Positions 34,882 through 36,106 of a stretch of DNA of 36,106 bases are shown here, in pieces (position 1 is the first letter of the stretch; the number at the start of each line of letters is the position of its first letter). Below the pieces are notes generated by a model, which saw nothing but the letters and a program-made list of their open reading frames with translations, was not told the origin of the DNA and did no database searches. The DNA comes from Solobacterium sp. Its GTDB lineage: Bacteria > Bacillota_I > Bacilli_A > Erysipelotrichales > Erysipelotrichaceae. The position numbers were made by a program, and so were the translations under genes. Location: the NCBI GenBank assembly GCA_017514525.1, contig JAFWJY010000122.1, positions 1 through 36,106 of the forward strand, in the 5' to 3' direction.

Positions 34882-36096
34882 ATGGGTACTACTACCATTA
34901 CATTAACCGGGCTTTTCATGGAAGGCCTGCTTTCCTTCTTTTCGCCCTGCATTCTTCCATTGATTCCGCTTTATATCGGATATCTCACGGCCGGCTATGA
35001 CAGTAGCGACCCCAAACATCGTTTACGGACCTTTTTGAATACCTTCGCATTTGTCCTTGGCATCTGCACGGTATTTATTGCGGCGGGACTTGGCAGCACC
35101 GCTCTGCAGAAATTCTTTCAGACCTACACGATTCAGTTTCAGCTGATCGGCGGTTTTCTGCTCATCGTTCTGGGATTAATGACACTGGGAATCGTACATA
35201 TCCCGCTTCTGGAACGCGATTATCGCTTCTCCTTCTCTACATCTGGCAAGACTTCATTTCTGAAAGCTTATGTCATGGGCTTCTGCTTCAGCTTCGCCTG
35301 GAGCCCCTGCATCGGCCCGCTGTTAGCCTCTGCGATTGTTCAGGCCGCTTCTGCCCCCACAAAACTTGTCGGGCTTCTGTATCTTGGGGCGTATTCGCTT
35401 GGCTTTATTCTTCCATTTCTGATTGTTGGTCTCTTTGCGGATACCGTTCTGAACTGGATCAAGAATCATAAAACAGTTGTGAAATATACCGGATGGCTTG
35501 GCGGGGCCGTCGTCACCGGTGTAGGCATCTATATGCTGGTCCAGGCTAATACCAATATTCTTGCCCTTCAGAAATCAACAGCAGCACCCTCTGTTGCGGT
35601 GAGCGGTGCGGAAAACAATGCGGCTGTAATCCAGGAAGGTGCACAGGATACACCAGATTCGGATACCCGGCCAGATGCCGAGAAATACAACTTCACGCTC
35701 AATGACAGTGAAGGAAATCCCCACAGTCTTACCGATTATGTGGGCAAGCCATTGTTGCTGAACTTCTTTGGCACCTGGTGCAGTTACTGCAATATGGAAC
35801 TGCCTTCTCTTCAGAAAGTAGCAGACAACGGTGAGATAGAGGTTGTACTTATCGCCGCTCCATATCTCAACAATGAAGGTGATATTTCCTATGTTGAGCA
35901 GTATATGAAAGATGCAGGCTATCACTTCACGATTCTCTACGACGAAAACTATGATGTCACCCGCTCATATGGCATATCGGGATATCCAACCACCTTTGCG
36001 ATGAACAAAGATGGCTCCTTCCTGGGTTATATGCCCGGATACATGCCGGATGAGGTTCTGGATCAGGTTGTCGCCCAGCTTACCGAGAAGAAATAA
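34882..36096 (+). CDS. CcdA/DsbD transmembrane domain fused to a TlpA-like thioredoxin
   Basis: FFSPCILPLIP and WSPCIGP TM cysteines; LLNFFGTWCSYC and GYPTT thioredoxin motifs. Confidence 0.9.
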   Translation: MGTTTITLTGLFMEGLLSFFSPCILPLIPLYIGYLTAGYDSSDPKHRLRTFLNTFAFVLGICTVFIAAGLGSTALQKFFQTYTIQFQLIGGFLLIVLGLMTLGIVHIPLLERDYRFSFSTSGKTSFLKAYVMGFCFSFAWSPCIGPLLASAIVQAASAPTKLVGLLYLGAYSLGFILPFLIVGLFADTVLNWIKNHKTVVKYTGWLGGAVVTGVGIYMLVQANTNILALQKSTAAPSVAVSGAENNAAVIQEGAQDTPDSDTRPDAEKYNFTLNDSEGNPHSLTDYVGKPLLLNFFGTWCSYCNMELPSLQKVADNGEIEVVLIAAPYLNNEGDISYVEQYMKDAGYHFTILYDENYDVTRSYGISGYPTTFAMNKDGSFLGYMPGYMPDEVLDQVVAQLTEKK

Positions 36097-36106
36097 AAAA
36101 TATATA

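Overview
A 36.1-kb bacterial chromosomal window, mostly housekeeping and metabolic genes. It looks like a low-GC Gram-positive anaerobe (sigma-A promoters, GGAGG Shine-Dalgarno sites, Per box); an Erysipelotrichaceae-like host is my inference only. It holds about 28 CDS and one tRNA-Pro(CGG); I saw no CRISPR array, rRNA or intact mobile element. The most unusual locus is an anaerobic (class III) ribonucleotide reductase operon built from two fusions. The first gene is a MarR winged-helix regulator fused in frame to the NrdG radical-SAM activase, preceded by tandem TTGG-N4-CCAA palindromes. The second is a CCR-type NrdD carrying its own C-terminal CPNC redoxin domain. Other notable items: a frameshifted tyrosine-integrase scar with arm-type repeats at the tRNA 3' end; an orphan double-glycine-leader protein; a lipoprotein resembling one lobe of a sugar-binding protein, coupled to a flavodoxin; an acyl-CoA synthetase paired with a stand-alone, His-less E2-like acyltransferase; a MerR-controlled, doubly flavinylated reductase; and probable leaderless mRNAs. 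All calls come from manual motif recognition; no searches were run.
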